DNA of 48,995 nt, counting the filler, from Sphacelaria rigidula (lineage: Eukaryota), in the NCBI GenBank assembly GCA_964200075.2. It is 3 parts of 3 records of this genome, joined end to end, with 100 filler letters (N's around TTAATTAATTAA, not from the genome) between each part and the next. Parts side by side here need not be neighbours in the genome. Positions count along the whole stretch, not along the records: positions 1 to 16,268 come from CAXNAA020001417.1; 2 more parts are not named here. One strand, given 5' to 3'. Below are positions 1 to 13,300 of this stretch, in pieces. A program made the translations under genes and the position numbers. Numbering within the stretch: position 1 is the first letter of the stretch; each line of letters begins with the position of its first letter. The notes below the pieces were generated by a model. That model saw nothing but the letters and a program-made list of their open reading frames with translations, did not search any database and had not been told where the DNA came from.

Positions 1-164
1 GATTAGGTCATCAGTTAGAACCGGCTGAAGGAAAGTCCGCTTCTTAGGCGGCCCAGCCTGTATTCATGCAGGAACTCTCATCTGCCCACACAAACTAGTA
101 CGGTTTAGTTCAGAGATATACCGAGAAAGGAAAGAGAAGTGAAAAAAAAAAAGAAATGGGGATA

Positions 165-738
165 TAATTCCCCTGTCCCATAAGCAAAGTCCGTTATGGA
201 GGATAGGCCGTACGTCGCCAACGGAGGTGCTCACGATGTTATGATTGGGTTCGTCGAAAATATATAGTTGTGGAGATGACCGCTGGAAAAAACAAGAACA
301 AAATAGTTGACCTACAACCTTAGAATCGTCGGGTCAAACATGGCTAAATTTCGACCAAATTCCGTCCAATCTCGTTTCGAAGCAATTGAAGGCTGCAATG
401 TAAACGAGTGGTTTCGTACTGGGCGTAGCTATCGTATGCCAGCGATGGACCGGAGAAGAAGAGCCAGTTATGCCTTTTTTTTCGCTATTTTTTCCGTTTT
501 TCGTGCTCTCAGGGTTCTTCTCTGTGATTTGGAAAAGGGGAGAAATATGGCCACTTTTGGGCCGACTAACCGTTCAACGGCCGTCCGCGTACGCTGGCTG
601 CTGCGCAAACAGAAAAAAAAAGACTTGATTCAACTAAAACCCCCCCTGAAAATGAAAAAAATATATCGCCTGTGGCGTTGCATACGATCAAGGGTCTGTG
701 TGATCATAACGGACTTTACTTATGGGGCAGAGGAAGTG
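165..738. mobile_element. Tc1/mariner-like (Stowaway-like) MITE, ~570 bp
   Basis: ~35-bp terminal inverted repeats: TAATTCCCCTGTCCCATAAGCAAAGTCCGTTATG on the left and CATAACGGACTTTACTTATGGGGCAGAGGAAGTG on the right. TA flanks both ends (163-164, 739-740). No coding capacity is evident. Confidence 0.7.
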
Positions 739-744
739 TATGAA

Positions 745-1036
745 AACAGGGAAAGGGATGCATGACACAGATATCAATGTTTTCGTGGGATTGGGAGTAG
801 ATGATACGATTGAGAGTGAAAAGCGGCCAATTTGTGAATGAATCGTTTCAGTTCCGAAATGCCCCTCCACGAGGCCCAATATGCTTTCTGTAGTAGCTTG
901 CCATTGAGGCCCTTGATTTCCTTGAGTAGGATATCGACGTGTAGCTGTAAGCACACACGGAAATAAAAATTGGCTAAGTTAAAGCGAATAATCAAAGCCA
1001 CTCTCAATCAGCGCTATACTCTCAGTCTCACGAAAA
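745..1036 (-). repeat. Dispersed repeat, inverted homolog of 37560-37870
   Basis: Reverse-complement similarity, visible in the ORF track as MRVALIIRFNLANF (774..1007 -) versus MRMALIIRFNLANF (37591 +), and GHFGTETIHSQIGRFSLSIVSST versus RHFGTGGIYPLINRFSLPIVSST. Confidence 0.8.
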
Positions 1037-1359
1037 AGTTGTTAGATATCGAGGAAAAACACTGTGTGTCGTGGTAATCTTTACGTAGTCGGAACTAGGA
1101 GTCACGCAATTGTCGAGCTCCACGCCTTTTTCGCCATATTTGTCTCAATATGATACATGCGAAAAATACGATAACTGAAGAAAAAGGAAGAAACAATTCG
1201 TAAGTATTTGCATCGCCCAACTATCCCAAATGCTGCAATTGTACCGCTCTGAACGTTTCTAGGTATCTAGTTTCCCGCCCCTTCGGCTCAACGCATGACA
1301 CCCGTTGCTGCGACACGAGGTATATCATTCTCCCGAAAAACAATTGCATATCTTGGCAG

Positions 1360-1582
1360 GGATGTATACGCGGAGTTTTTGCGTCATCCGCCTGGAGTCT
1401 GCAATATCGTAGATCTGAGGACGAGCGGTTGCCGGTTCTGCACGTGGAGTGTTCCCGGGAACGTTTCCGGCGGTGAAAACTCCGATCTTGAAAATGATCC
1501 TGAGAGCTACGCGGTTGATCGAGCTACTGGGCTCGAGAATTGTGAGGACCACTGCGATGCAGGGGATGCTACGCTAGATGAG
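1360..1582 (+). CDS. CTC1: CTC1 exon (first visible)
   Basis: ttggcag|G GAT GTA ... GAT GAG|gtaacg; encodes DVYAEFLRHPPGVCNIVDL. Confidence 0.75.
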
Positions 1583-4358
1583 GTAACGCCTTGAAGTTTC
1601 GCTACGGTTCCTCTAAGTAGCTTTGTTTTTCTCCGCTGTTGGTAGTTTTCGATCCGTTCGTATTGTTGTCATTCCAATGGATGCCAAGATGGCAGCTGTT
1701 TTCCGGTGAGCGTACGGTTCTCAGGGCGAGGGTTAAGGGTTTAGATTGTTGCTGTGTCATTTTGCGTGAGACATGAAAGCGGATGAGTTTTCATTCCTAT
1801 ATAGTTTTTGTTTGCGCTTTTCCTGCGCGTTGTTCGATTCGGGTTGCTCTACCGTCCTGTCGGCAGCCCAGCCTGCAGATATTCCTGGCATGGTGTTTAC
1901 GTCGAAGCCGCTGACTTTTGACCAATGAACACACCGGCGTGGTCAATATGCCCTGTATTTTCTTTCTCCGCATTCTGACCCCGCCACAACTTAGAAATTC
2001 CAACGAGCGGACGAGGCATGGCACGGCGATTCCCTCCCTCGCTATCCGCATTACACGCCAGCGTTCGGCGCATCGCCATCTGAAGACGGGCTGCATCAAC
2101 GACATCACCACCGCCATCAACATCAACAACACCAATCGAGCAACCCCGCGGTGAAGAAGGCTAACGCTGACAATCCCAACAACCCCACCCCGAACAGCAT
2201 CCTCCGGGCGGCGTCACGTCCACTATCCGAGCTCCTGGATGTGGCCGCTCAGCATGCTGTCGACCATGCGTCTTCCATTTTGCTTCACCCACAACCCCGT
2301 GGGTGTGGTACAGTCGCCGCCGACGCCGCGGCCCAAGTGGAATATGACCAGGTGGGGAAACGCGTGCGCTTGAGCACCGCGTGGGGCAGTGGTGGTGGCG
2401 GCGGTGGTAGCAGTTGGCGTCCCTCGGGAGCACACGGGATGTTTGCAGTACGCACTCCATTTGGCCAGTCTTCCGGTCGAGACGACGGTGCTCTGGGGTG
2501 GCTGTCTCTTCATGACACTCTTAGCCGAGATGGAGCAACGCGCAGCGGGGGGAGTACAGCTGGTGTAGTTGACGGTAACCAGCACAGAGATAGTGGGAAC
2601 CGTTATTCGGCAGGGGCTCGGGCGAGAGTAGGTGCTGGGAATGATGGGCGCGGTGGCGCTTCAGAAGGAAGGAGGTGCTGTGAGCGGGTGAGGACAACGG
2701 CGGGGGGTAACGGGCCAGTGGTGTGGTTGAGGGACCGGACGGCGAGGGCGCTGGTAGTCGTCACCACATCGACCACGACTGCAACAATGACCGCGGCTGT
2801 GGAAGATCGTGCATGCCCGCGGCGTTCTTCTTGCTCGCCTTGCTCCGCTACTACCGCTTGTTCACCGTGTTTGTTGAACTCGGAGCTGACTGCTGATGGT
2901 GCTCGTGTTGGTGGATGTGCTGGCGGCAGTGCTGGTGCGGTTGATGTCACTACTAGTGGTGCTGGAGGTCGTGTTCATGGTGACCCCCGGTGGGTGGGCA
3001 GCGTGGACGTCGTAGACGCACCTCGCTTCGCCTCTGGTACTACCGTCGGCTGTCATGCTTCTGACAAGAGCACCGCAGGGCGGGGTGCGGCTTGGTTGAG
3101 CGACGGCCTCATCAGCGACGACCAAGCGTACGGAAAAGATGGTGGAAGAGCGAGTGGCGCGACGTCCAGTATGGGAGGAGGAAAACGAAGGCAGCGGCCG
3201 TGGGAACAACCGAGAGGTGCTGCAACAACTGCGATGGCTTCGGATATTCAATTTCAGCATGTAAGAGACGGATCCAATCCGAGTTGGAGTATTCTCGATC
3301 CCACCAGGTTTCCAGCGCCCCAGGCCCCCTGTCCTAGACCGCGAGATGCGGGGATGCGGGTACGAGGTGGGGAGAGGAGCAGCGGCGACGGCGGTGGACT
3401 GTCGGCTCAGGGGACGACAGCACAAGCGGGGGAAGTAGATGGTGCAGCCTGTCCCGCCGCTTGGACGACCGCGGCGTCGGTGAGTAAGTGCATCGGGGAT
3501 TGCTGAGTCGGGCAGCACCTTTCAACCGGTGTTTTCACGCAGTCTTTTCTCCTGAACCCCCGCCTGTGTGCTCAGGGTTTCTTTGGCGGTATGGTCGCGT
3601 GTAGTTACACCGCCGCCTGCGCACTTTAAGTTTCTTCAATGATACAGCTCGTAGTACCTGTGTCCCGTTCCTCCCTTGGTTTAAGAATATCCGGGGCGCT
3701 GTAGAAACGGGAGACAATGTGCCAGTTTCAGCGAAAAGCACGGGATGTTACAAACTGGGGATGGATTTCTGATTGAGGATGAGAACCCGGAGAAGTAAAA
3801 TATTCGTATCCACATCAAATCTTCGGAATATAGTTCCACTCCTTCACCTACTGGTCGATATTTACAACTACTACACGCCGTACAAATTTTGATTCTGATC
3901 ACCGACATGTTGGGGTCCTCGGTGAAGCAAAATTTTTGGGGAATCTGGATGATCCGATCAAATCGCCGAAATTCCCCAAAGTTGATTTTTCATCTAGAAC
4001 CCCAACATTTCGGTTATCGGAATCCAGACTTGGATGGCGTGTAGTAGTTGTCAATAGCTATCAGCAAGTGAAAAAATGTAACCATATTTCGAAGATTTGG
4101 AATGGATACGAAAATTTTAATTATCCGGGTTTCTCATCCTCGATAAAAAATCCGTCCCCAATCTGTAAAATCCCGTGTCGAAATACGTCTTGTGGAGTTC
4201 GAAGAGGCAGCTTGCCACCCGCCTCCACTCTTGTAGGAAAAATGGTTGGTCTAGCACTCGAGGCGAGGATCAACGGTCTGGCACCGAAGCCAGAAACAAC
4301 GTGAATACTTGTCGCCTTGGGGGTGCTTTGCACTCGCTAGGCTCACCCGTCTCGCAAG

Positions 4359-4389
<31 letters not shown>

Positions 4390-7300
4390 GCACATTGTAC
4401 GGTGGAAACTACTCTGCCCCCCTTTCCCCTCCCACAAGCACCCATCGCCACCGCTATCCTGCCATTATGCCCCTCCCGTCTCTTCCCGTTCCTGGCTGTC
4501 TCATGTCCCCACTCTGTTGTTTTTCTTCAGGAACCTACCCTAGGTCTACTCCGAAAGTTCGCCATTTGCACCGAGGTCGTGCTGCTCGGTGTCGGCAACG
4601 CGGGGGTTTCTACGGCAGCTCGGTTGCCCGAATCGTCTGGAAAAACTGCTGCAATGAGCTCGGCGAAAGCTGCGCCAGAGTCATCGCGGTCGGAAAGGTA
4701 CGGGGGAGCTGCTGCGAAAAGCGAAAGGCGGTTTCATCCCGGCGATCGCAACGAGCTATTCCCTGGCTTTGCGGAAGTTCGGGTGTTGGCGGGCGGCGCA
4801 TCGATTTTGTTGCGGCATTATATCGTGGTGGACGAGTCGGACATGCAGCTCTTGAGTCCCCATGATGGTATCACTGGAAATTCATCAAGGATGCGACATA
4901 TGGGGGATCGGCGACCGATCACACGTTCTCCCACTGTCGGAGATTCGTCACTGACCGGAGATTCCGACGCGAGCTCTTGCTCTTTCGGAGAACCGTTGTC
5001 CCAAAAGTCTACTTTCTCTTCGCCGTTCCATGCTCCGGTGGGGCGTGTGGCAGCAACGAGAAGTCCGTCACCGGTGGTTTTAGATTTGTCTTTCGGTAAT
5101 TCTTCCCAAGGAAGTTCTCCTCATGGCGCAGATTTGCCGTGCAGCGGAGATTCCGTGGGAGACTCTGCCGGAGAGAGGTCATCCGGAGATCTGTCGGTGG
5201 GAGGGGCTCAACAGCCCGCGGTGGCGGGTTGCGGGACCCCAAGCAGTACAGTGAAACGATCACAGCAACAACATCATCGTCAGCCGCGGCAGCAGCAGCA
5301 GCAGCATCAAGAGCAGCAACAACATCGGCGAATCCAAGAAGATCGACCTTACTCACCCGAGGTGCTCACCGTAAGCGAGGCATTGGTAGTAAAATTAGCC
5401 CCCCAACACCACCCTCTCAAGAGCAACCCTAATGGCATGCATGACTCATCAAACCGCGTTGTTTCGGGGCCCAAGATTGACCCCAATCATGAGCGAGAAT
5501 TCATCAGCGTAGTGGGAGTTCTGATAGAGGTGGGCTTTCGGGTCGGAGGCAGTGGGAGGGCTGCGAAGGCGCCGATTGTGTCGAAGCGCGGACTGGACAT
5601 GTTCCAGAAGGTCTCGGAGCGAGGGCTGCAGCTGTGTCTTACGCTGGCGCAGGGAGTTGACAGGGTTAGCGTGTACGCAGGCATCTGCGCCGAGTCTTGG
5701 CCTCCCGGAATGATCCCCGGCTATGCGGTTGTTCAGGTGAAAGCTGACGCAGCATTCAAGTTTGAACGAAAACGATTGCAGTAAAGCGGATAGTTGTTCT
5801 TGTCATCCTCTACCCCCCCCCCCCGTTCATCGTTTGTGTTGTGCACCTGAAGGTGTCTGGAGTAAGTCGAAGACTGTTACATCATGTTTGTTTTCAGAGC
5901 CGTTTGACATGATCGGCGTGACACGCCACCAATGCCTCGTAGGGGTGCACTTTTTTCATTTATGAGGTTTTTTGCTGCAGGAGTCTCTCGACGATTAATA
6001 TCCGGGCCTTAGTGTGCAGCCCCAGAAAACTTTTGGACTGAAAAGTTCACCCCGGTCGTGACATTACTCATGTGGCTTCTTCACGTGTCCATGTTCCGGA
6101 AACGCTTCAGAGGTGGTCATGAGAGATTAGTGTCCGCTTCGAAGACGGTCATGTGATACTTGTGCCCGGTTCCGGGATGGTCATGTGGGATTTTCACCTT
6201 TGCCGTCTGGTCCAACGGTGGCCGTGTAAGACTCGTGCCCGGTTCAGGGATATTTTCGTAAGATCTTCTCTTTTGCTATTCGGTCCAACGATGGTTGGTC
6301 ATGGGAGCCTCGCAACCTGTTCAGAAAGGGTCATGTGATATTATCGTCGACGCAGCTGATCATCATGTGTGTTTCGAGCGATCATGTGTGTCTCGGTACC
6401 GACCGGTTCGACCATTTCCGATTTTCAAAATATTGAAATGTTTGCTCAACATCCGTGCTCGGAACAGTATCTCACGTCTCACGTGCCACAGCAACCATAC
6501 TTGTTTGAGATCAGTATTGTTGAGCCGCCATACTTTTGAAAACGGCCTGTTTGTGGCGTGAGGGACACGGGCAACAAACCGTAGCCCCGGGTTTTGAAAA
6601 TTTGCTGTTGGATCATAGCTTGTAGCCACACCCGCTCACCCGTTCTGGTCAAGTGCCAAACGGATATCCTCCATGTATGAAGAGGGGTTTTATATCGCTA
6701 CCCCGTCCAAAGGACGCGAGCACATCGCAAACCACACTCAACAGAGGTTGTCGGAGTAACAAATGCTGAGCCGACTCTAGGACATGCTCACCCGCCCACC
6801 CCACCCTCCCACTCCAGACATGACAGTATTACCCTTTCAACAGCTCAAATGTTCACGGTGAGGGATCACCGGAGAAGAGTGGTCAGTCAGTCAAAAATGA
6901 GGGTTGTCCTTGGACATTTACAGTCGCTGCGTCCCGGTAGTGTAAATTAAAATGGTCCGACTGTCAGCATTAGGGTGGAAAGAACGTGGGTTGGATTCCC
7001 GATGCCATACTAAGTAGTTTTTTCCTTCGAAGTCTCTGATTTCCACCGTCGAACGCGTGAGCATAGTAAACGAAGAAGAGTTGAATGCGTTTGTTGATGA
7101 GAGTTGACGCGGTGCGGGAGTGCTGACCGCATCCGCGAGACCAAAAAGCAAGACGTGTGTACCGGGGAGAGATGGAGATGGGTTCATCCCTTGAGACCAC
7201 GGACTCGTCTCGAGGAAGGAAAGGGGCTCAAAGTGCGACAAAACAAAAAACAATTAGATTTACGTCACTCAAGTTGTTTTCCTAGAACTTTCAACGCCCG

Positions 7301-10300
7301 CGTTTGAGTCTAGTCATGCTCGGGAGGCTAAACTCTCACCATGTAGACGTGCCACTATAGGACCGAGTGGACAGACATACACGCGCAGAAGCTCCGAGGC
7401 ATGGTACGCGACACATGATATTATCCAGTTACTTGTGCATAAGCTGCTGCCTCATTATTGATACTATTACACGTGGCTGGACAATTATTATGAACAATTT
7501 TCAAAGTTTGTGCAGTTGATATGCATGTATAACCATGCACATGGCCAACGACATATTCGTTCGATCCTACGCGTGTGATGTTTTTTTTTTTTTGCGCGTT
7601 CGGATTTTTACGCCTGTCTTCTTGACGTGTACATGTTCCTGAACCGGTTCAAACATGGTCATGCGAGATGTTCGCCTCTGCCACCCGGTTCAATAATAGT
7701 CATGTGACACTCGATCCCGGGTCAGAGGTGGTCATGTGAGATTTTCTCCTCTGCAGTCTGGTTTCAAGGATGGCCATGTGAGATTCATACCCAGTTTAGT
7801 GATGGTCATGTGAGAGCTTGCCCTGCGCATGAAAAGGGCAATGGCTGTCTTCGTACCAGCGAAGGCGCGATGAGCCCCCCCAGACCAGCCGTAAAACTGC
7901 CACGAAGAAAACGGTCATACAACGCGTGATAGCTGCTTTTAGGCTGCATAAAGCGCCTCATATGGGCGACATTGGCTAAAACCATCCTGAGTGTGGGAGT
8001 TGTCAGCTGCTCGGTGTGCTCGGCTTCCGTCATTTCGACTTACACGTCGACTTTGCTTCCCCAAACCAGCCACTTTTCTTGGGGGGGCTATCGCGGTATC
8101 AGTCTTATTTCCGTCTTCATCTTGTTTGTCCGCGGGTGTTTCTCCCTCGCTGACAGGTGTCAGGCGTAAGCCGAAGGCTGTCGAGCAACGGCAAGAACAT
8201 GTACCTCGTTAAGGGTCAGGGTGGCGTCGTTAAGGTGAGCAAGCTTAATCGTTTGTGCCCGGTACGTCGTTCTTCATACGGTATGTCGTTTTTTTTTCTT
8301 CATTCTCAAACGAAGCAAAGTTTTCATACAATATGTCCCTTTTTTCCTCACCCTGCTCCTGAAAACGAACGTAATTTATATGCCCTGCGCTCTGAGTGCT
8401 CACGGCGTCCGTCTCAGCGTTCGTGTCTGTGGTAAGTCAACTGCTTGTGTTGGCATCCCTCCATTCATCATGCATCTCAAAGGTATTAGTACAGAGAGGC
8501 ATCCCACCGGACAGGCGGTGCCATCATGTAAAAGCGCCGACTATCTAATACGCATACCACGGGTCAGTATGGTAAATTTTTAATTCTTGTCGAGATACAC
8601 CGCGTGATGCACTGCACTATCTTCTACCGCATTTGCCTATCGCAGCGACCGCACCCCTGCCATGCATGCTCTTTACTGGCCTTCTGGGCCCGCTGCCGTT
8701 TTTACAAACGACTGTTCGCGCGTGCCGTACGTGCTCTACTGCACTCCTCGCTGAGGAATGTGTAAGGAGAACTGGGCATAAGCTCCGTCGGGAGGTACAC
8801 CGTCGTCTCAAATGAGTCGATCAACTGTCTCTCCCGAGGCCGTGCTTCTGTCGTCCGCTGCGTGTCCCGCCTTTGCGTTTTGCGGGGTCCGTCTGCGGCG
8901 GTGTTTGATCTGCACACGTGGTTGGGATGCAATAGCTCGATCTATTGCGCCCCAAGGAGTGTCATTGTTGGTTTGTCGTCGTTACTCCAAGGGGCCGGGA
9001 CGGAAAGCAAGATCGGGAGAGTACCCAAATCACGTGTATGTATGAAAGAAACGATGATGGATCCTCAAGAGAAACTTTTGGGAATTTTCCTCTTTGATGC
9101 AGGAGTATCCATGCTACCCCCGCCCCCTACCCTTTTGTGCCTCTTGGTACATGCTTTGAAAAGAAAAGGTTGGTAGAGGCAATGTTTTCGCCGACTGGCG
9201 GTGATGCTCTTTTCTCACTTTTTTCGTATGTCTCTTGGGTCTGTCGGGTCGCCGAACCATCAAGCTCCGCACAAGCCGTGTCTGTGAGTTTGTGAACTCT
9301 CTCTTGCTATCAGCCCTCTGGCCCCCGCAAACTTCGCGACTTTTTGCTCCCCGCTCAACCTTGAGATTTTTTCTTGTCGCATTGACAGGGGCTGGGTTTT
9401 GTACCCGGGACCTTCTGACTGTATATATATATGTGTGTGTAGAGTCATGTCATGGTGTACCCGGCAGACACCTGTGACGTGTAGGTTCTTCGATGTGTTA
9501 TTATCCATATATTTGTGGAATTTAACTTGGTCACTGTCGGCTTCGTGCTCCTTTGTGTCGACGGTGCTGGTGCCGACCAGTGCATTCACAGGCAAGCCAA
9601 GGCTGATGCATTTAAAGGGGAAACCTTGTTGGGTTAGGATAGCACAGGCGGCCGTAGACTGAACACGCAAAGGCCTCCGACTCCACAGTTCCTGTGTCTC
9701 GTGTGTCACGGCTCGCCTCTCATCTGCTGTGATATAAGAGCATGACACTTGCATTCGTTAACACGTCAATGAAGAGACGTATTGTACATGGACGCTTGCC
9801 ACCTCAAGTGTAACATATTTTTTTGCGACTTCGGTTGCTTCCCTGCAGCTCGTTATGAAACGCGTAGTCTTGATACCAGGAGGTCAAAAATGGCAATGCT
9901 GTTGAGCTCTTTACGGCAGATAAAGTGCGGGGGCCACACGAGTGTTCCGTGGCAGCCATTCCGAGGAACAGGTCCCCACAACATCCCGTACACCAAGCGG
10001 TACAGTAGCTGCATTTCATTATTCCATGGAGACCCGTACATGGTGTTGTAGCCGCCAAAGATTTCATCGCCCGGCGCTCAACGAGTTACCTGTAACCAAG
10101 ACCTGAACCCTGACCCCAGCTCCAACCGTATTCCTCCGTGCTTATATTCGTACGTCATAAGGTACTTTCCCTCGGACTTCCACCGCCTCCGCCACACCTC
10201 CCGGCTGTGGGCTGGCCTATGAAACCCGCGAAGCAAGCAACCCTGTCCTCTGTTGAGAGAACGGCCACCGCCACTACCCCAAGCGGACGTGACGGTAGCA

Positions 10301-13300
10301 GCACCCCGTATCCTGGCGCGGGCGGCGGAAGTTCATCCCCAATCCTGCTGTTCCGTGGACCCAGTACGGTCCCTGCTGCCGACCACACCGCCGACCGCAC
10401 CGCCGACAATGCAGCAACAACCGCGGGTACTTGCAGTAATCAGAATGGCGTGGGGGGTGATGACCAAGCACGTGGCAAGGCCGTGAGAGGAAGCTTCATC
10501 CGAGAGCGTCCGTGCTGTCGTTCCTCGCAATGCTCTGAGTATTCTTGCGCGGGTTCCGCGATTTCCACGGGTTCCCCGGGTCCTTCCCTGCATTCTTCGG
10601 AGCGCTGCGCCGCGGGTTGTGCGGCTCGTGCGGTAGCCGTCCCGGTGCAGTTTCCCGGGCGGGGTGTCGTCTTGGGTAACCGAGGTGGAAGAACTGTGTT
10701 TGTGGACACCCACCCTATCGATGAGCGATTTTCAGCTGACGTTGTTGACGTCGCTGGGGAGTGGAGAAGCATGGCGGCGGCGGCGGGACGGCGGGTATTG
10801 CCGTCGTCTTCGGTGGCGACGGGGACTGCCGAGTTATCGCCAGCTGTGGGAGCAAGCGACGAATCCTTCAGTGTTCTGTCCGGTATGAGCGCATGTGATG
10901 AGCGGGAACGTAAAGTGCTGACGAGAAAATCCGCTTGACACATGGTTGATTTGCGTTGTGCTACTGCTTTGGGAGAATGACGTCAGTTGCCAACTTTCAC
11001 CTCATCGCTCACCCAAGCCCTGAGATACAATCCAAACGCTCGATACCATCGATGGGGTTTTCCCTGGTTGGTGAAAATTCCGTTGCCCGTTGGGTTTGCA
11101 CTCCTTTTTTTGCTTTCTACGCTCGTGCTGATTTCGCTGTGGGGCACCCTCTATTTTGTTCCGTGCAATGTTCCTGGCTACGGTCGCCACATTCTCATGC
11201 GTCGTCACCGCCGCCGCCCCGTCCTCATACCCAACAGCGCCGACGGCAACCCCAAGCAGTTCACCGAGTTGTGGTGTTTCTTTAGCCGATTCGACTCCTG
11301 CGGCGCCGTCTCTTGCGCCTCCGCTGGCTGGCGTGGCCACTCTGGCGTCGCTGTATAAGAGGGGAGTGTTGGTACGCACCACGCGAAGGTTCGGCAGTCT
11401 GACTGTGGTCGGGGTGAGGTTCGTCAAGGCCTCCACCTGGTGTATCAATTGTGGCGTGGTGAGCACAAAAAAAATCCCGCCTTCGTTCCGTCACCCATTT
11501 GGCAATTACGCTTAGATATACATGAATGTCCGCATTCTGCGATAAAATCTCAGTACAAAGCCCTGTCTGGCAGTGTGACGGTGAATGTGGTTAGGGTCGT
11601 AAACACGTCTTGTCCATAGATATCTCCCTAGGCAGCGGGGGAGAGGGGGGGCGGAGGCGGCGCGCGCACAGCACGTGTTGTACTCCAATGGTTGAGTGGT
11701 CGTTACGGAAATGACGACACTGTCACCGAATTAATCTTGAGCGTCAGAATGCATTTTCTTTGTATCTCATCTGATGAGTAGTTAGCTGCGGTCTGGCAAC
11801 CTGACGGTGGGCGGGGTGAGGTTCGTTACGGCGACATGCTGCGGCTTGAGGTGAAAAAAAAACAGGATGTGCATACTCAAGTGACAGGAAACGTTAGTTG
11901 AAGAGGGTTGCGAGATGAGGTCAGGCAAAACTAAAAGCTATGCCCAGCTTTCACCGAATACCCCTGCTCCTTTTTCGCGTTGGCTGTATTTTTGTTTTAG
12001 TCAAACATGAATAAAAAGAGTCGGCACTGCACAGGCAAACGACCCCCTTCTGTGACATCGAAGTGATGAAATTAAAGTTTGGCATGTGCAATAAAACTGC
12101 CGCATGTGCCTTCGATGATTGCTGTCGTTGGTGTGAAGTAGTCTTCGGTGCTCGGGCGTCCACATCAAGGTTTGAGATTTACCGCTGCCACCACGATTCT
12201 AGGTGTGACGTGTGACGTGTGACGTGTGACGTGTGAGGTGCTTTCTATCTGTTGCGGCTGCCGCTTCTTGTACTGTAGGAGTCACGTCACGCACTCGATC
12301 GGAGCGCGTTTTTCAGAAGGGCATTTGATTAAATTTGTCTTCGGGGGATTCTGTTGTAGGAAAAGTGGCTTCAGCGGGACGGGCAGTTGCTCAACAACGC
12401 TCCCTCACTTCGTGGCGCCACAACTGATGAAGGGCTACAAACATTTGTTATAAGTATTATCCTTCGACACCCGTGCCCGTTGTCTCCTGACATCGGGTGC
12501 AACCGGCTCGTGCGTCTTGCCTGTCAAAACCGTTTCATTGCTCAATCCACTTCGTTATTGTTGTTGTGGTTGTTGTTCGTCGCATCAAATTTCATGTATT
12601 GCCCAACCTCACGCGCCTTCGCGCGTGCGCATCAGATAAAAGTGAAGGATCTGGAGATTGGTCGCTGCTGGGCTCGGTGTCACACTCCCTCTACCTGGGA
12701 GGTACGCTGGGAGGGGTCGGCCAACGTCGACGATGGAACGGCACAGGTGCGAATTGATATCACTCGACAGTTCCCCGCTAAATTTTTTTATCGCTTGGCC
12801 TGCGACGCGTACGGACGCCTGTAAGCGCCGGTACCCCTGCCTTCGAAGGAAAGACTCTCGTGTTGGGGAGCCGGCTTGCGCCGTTCATTGCCGTGATTTG
12901 TACTGTGAAATTACAGGCTCAGATCCTGATGGACGGTGATGACGTGTTGCGTCTGCTCAAGCTATCACCAGCGAACAGGAAGCAGGTCGAAAGTGCAGCC
13001 CTGCACTATGGCCCCGTGGTGAGACGTTCAGAACTCACGATTGCTTCATCGTACGGAGACATGACTGTTGCGGTGGTAGTCTACGCATGTATGTTGCCGA
13101 TGGCCCATGGCCCTCTGGAATGATGGTCATGCTCCACAGGGTACTGTTGGCGCCTGGAGTGCAATACTTGCTGTAGGTTATTGCGTGCATGACCCTGCGA
13201 TTTGACTCGTGGTACGCTGTGTGCGTGTTGTCATCCCATTTACGCTGTGTGCGTGTTGTCATCCGATTTATTCTGGACGTCGGTCTACATCTTTCGGTAT

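Noticed and set aside
6083..6410. CRISPR-like array
   Set aside because: The repeats are degenerate, the intervening segments are homologous to each other, the array is in a eukaryotic intron and there are no cas genes.
8646..8793. Possible CTC1 exon (TAPLPCMLFTGLL...)
   Set aside because: Its phase is incompatible with the strong phase-0 donor at 8234, and the 10162 and 11286 exons supply the expected motifs in phase.
11018..11070. Possible small CTC1 exon
   Set aside because: It ends in phase 0 while the next motif-bearing exon (11286) needs phase 1; the model is complete without it.
11156..11515. Secreted protein with a signal peptide and PTAP repeats
   Set aside because: The 3' half is the CTC1 CxxC exon, and the apparent signal region is upstream intron sequence read in frame.
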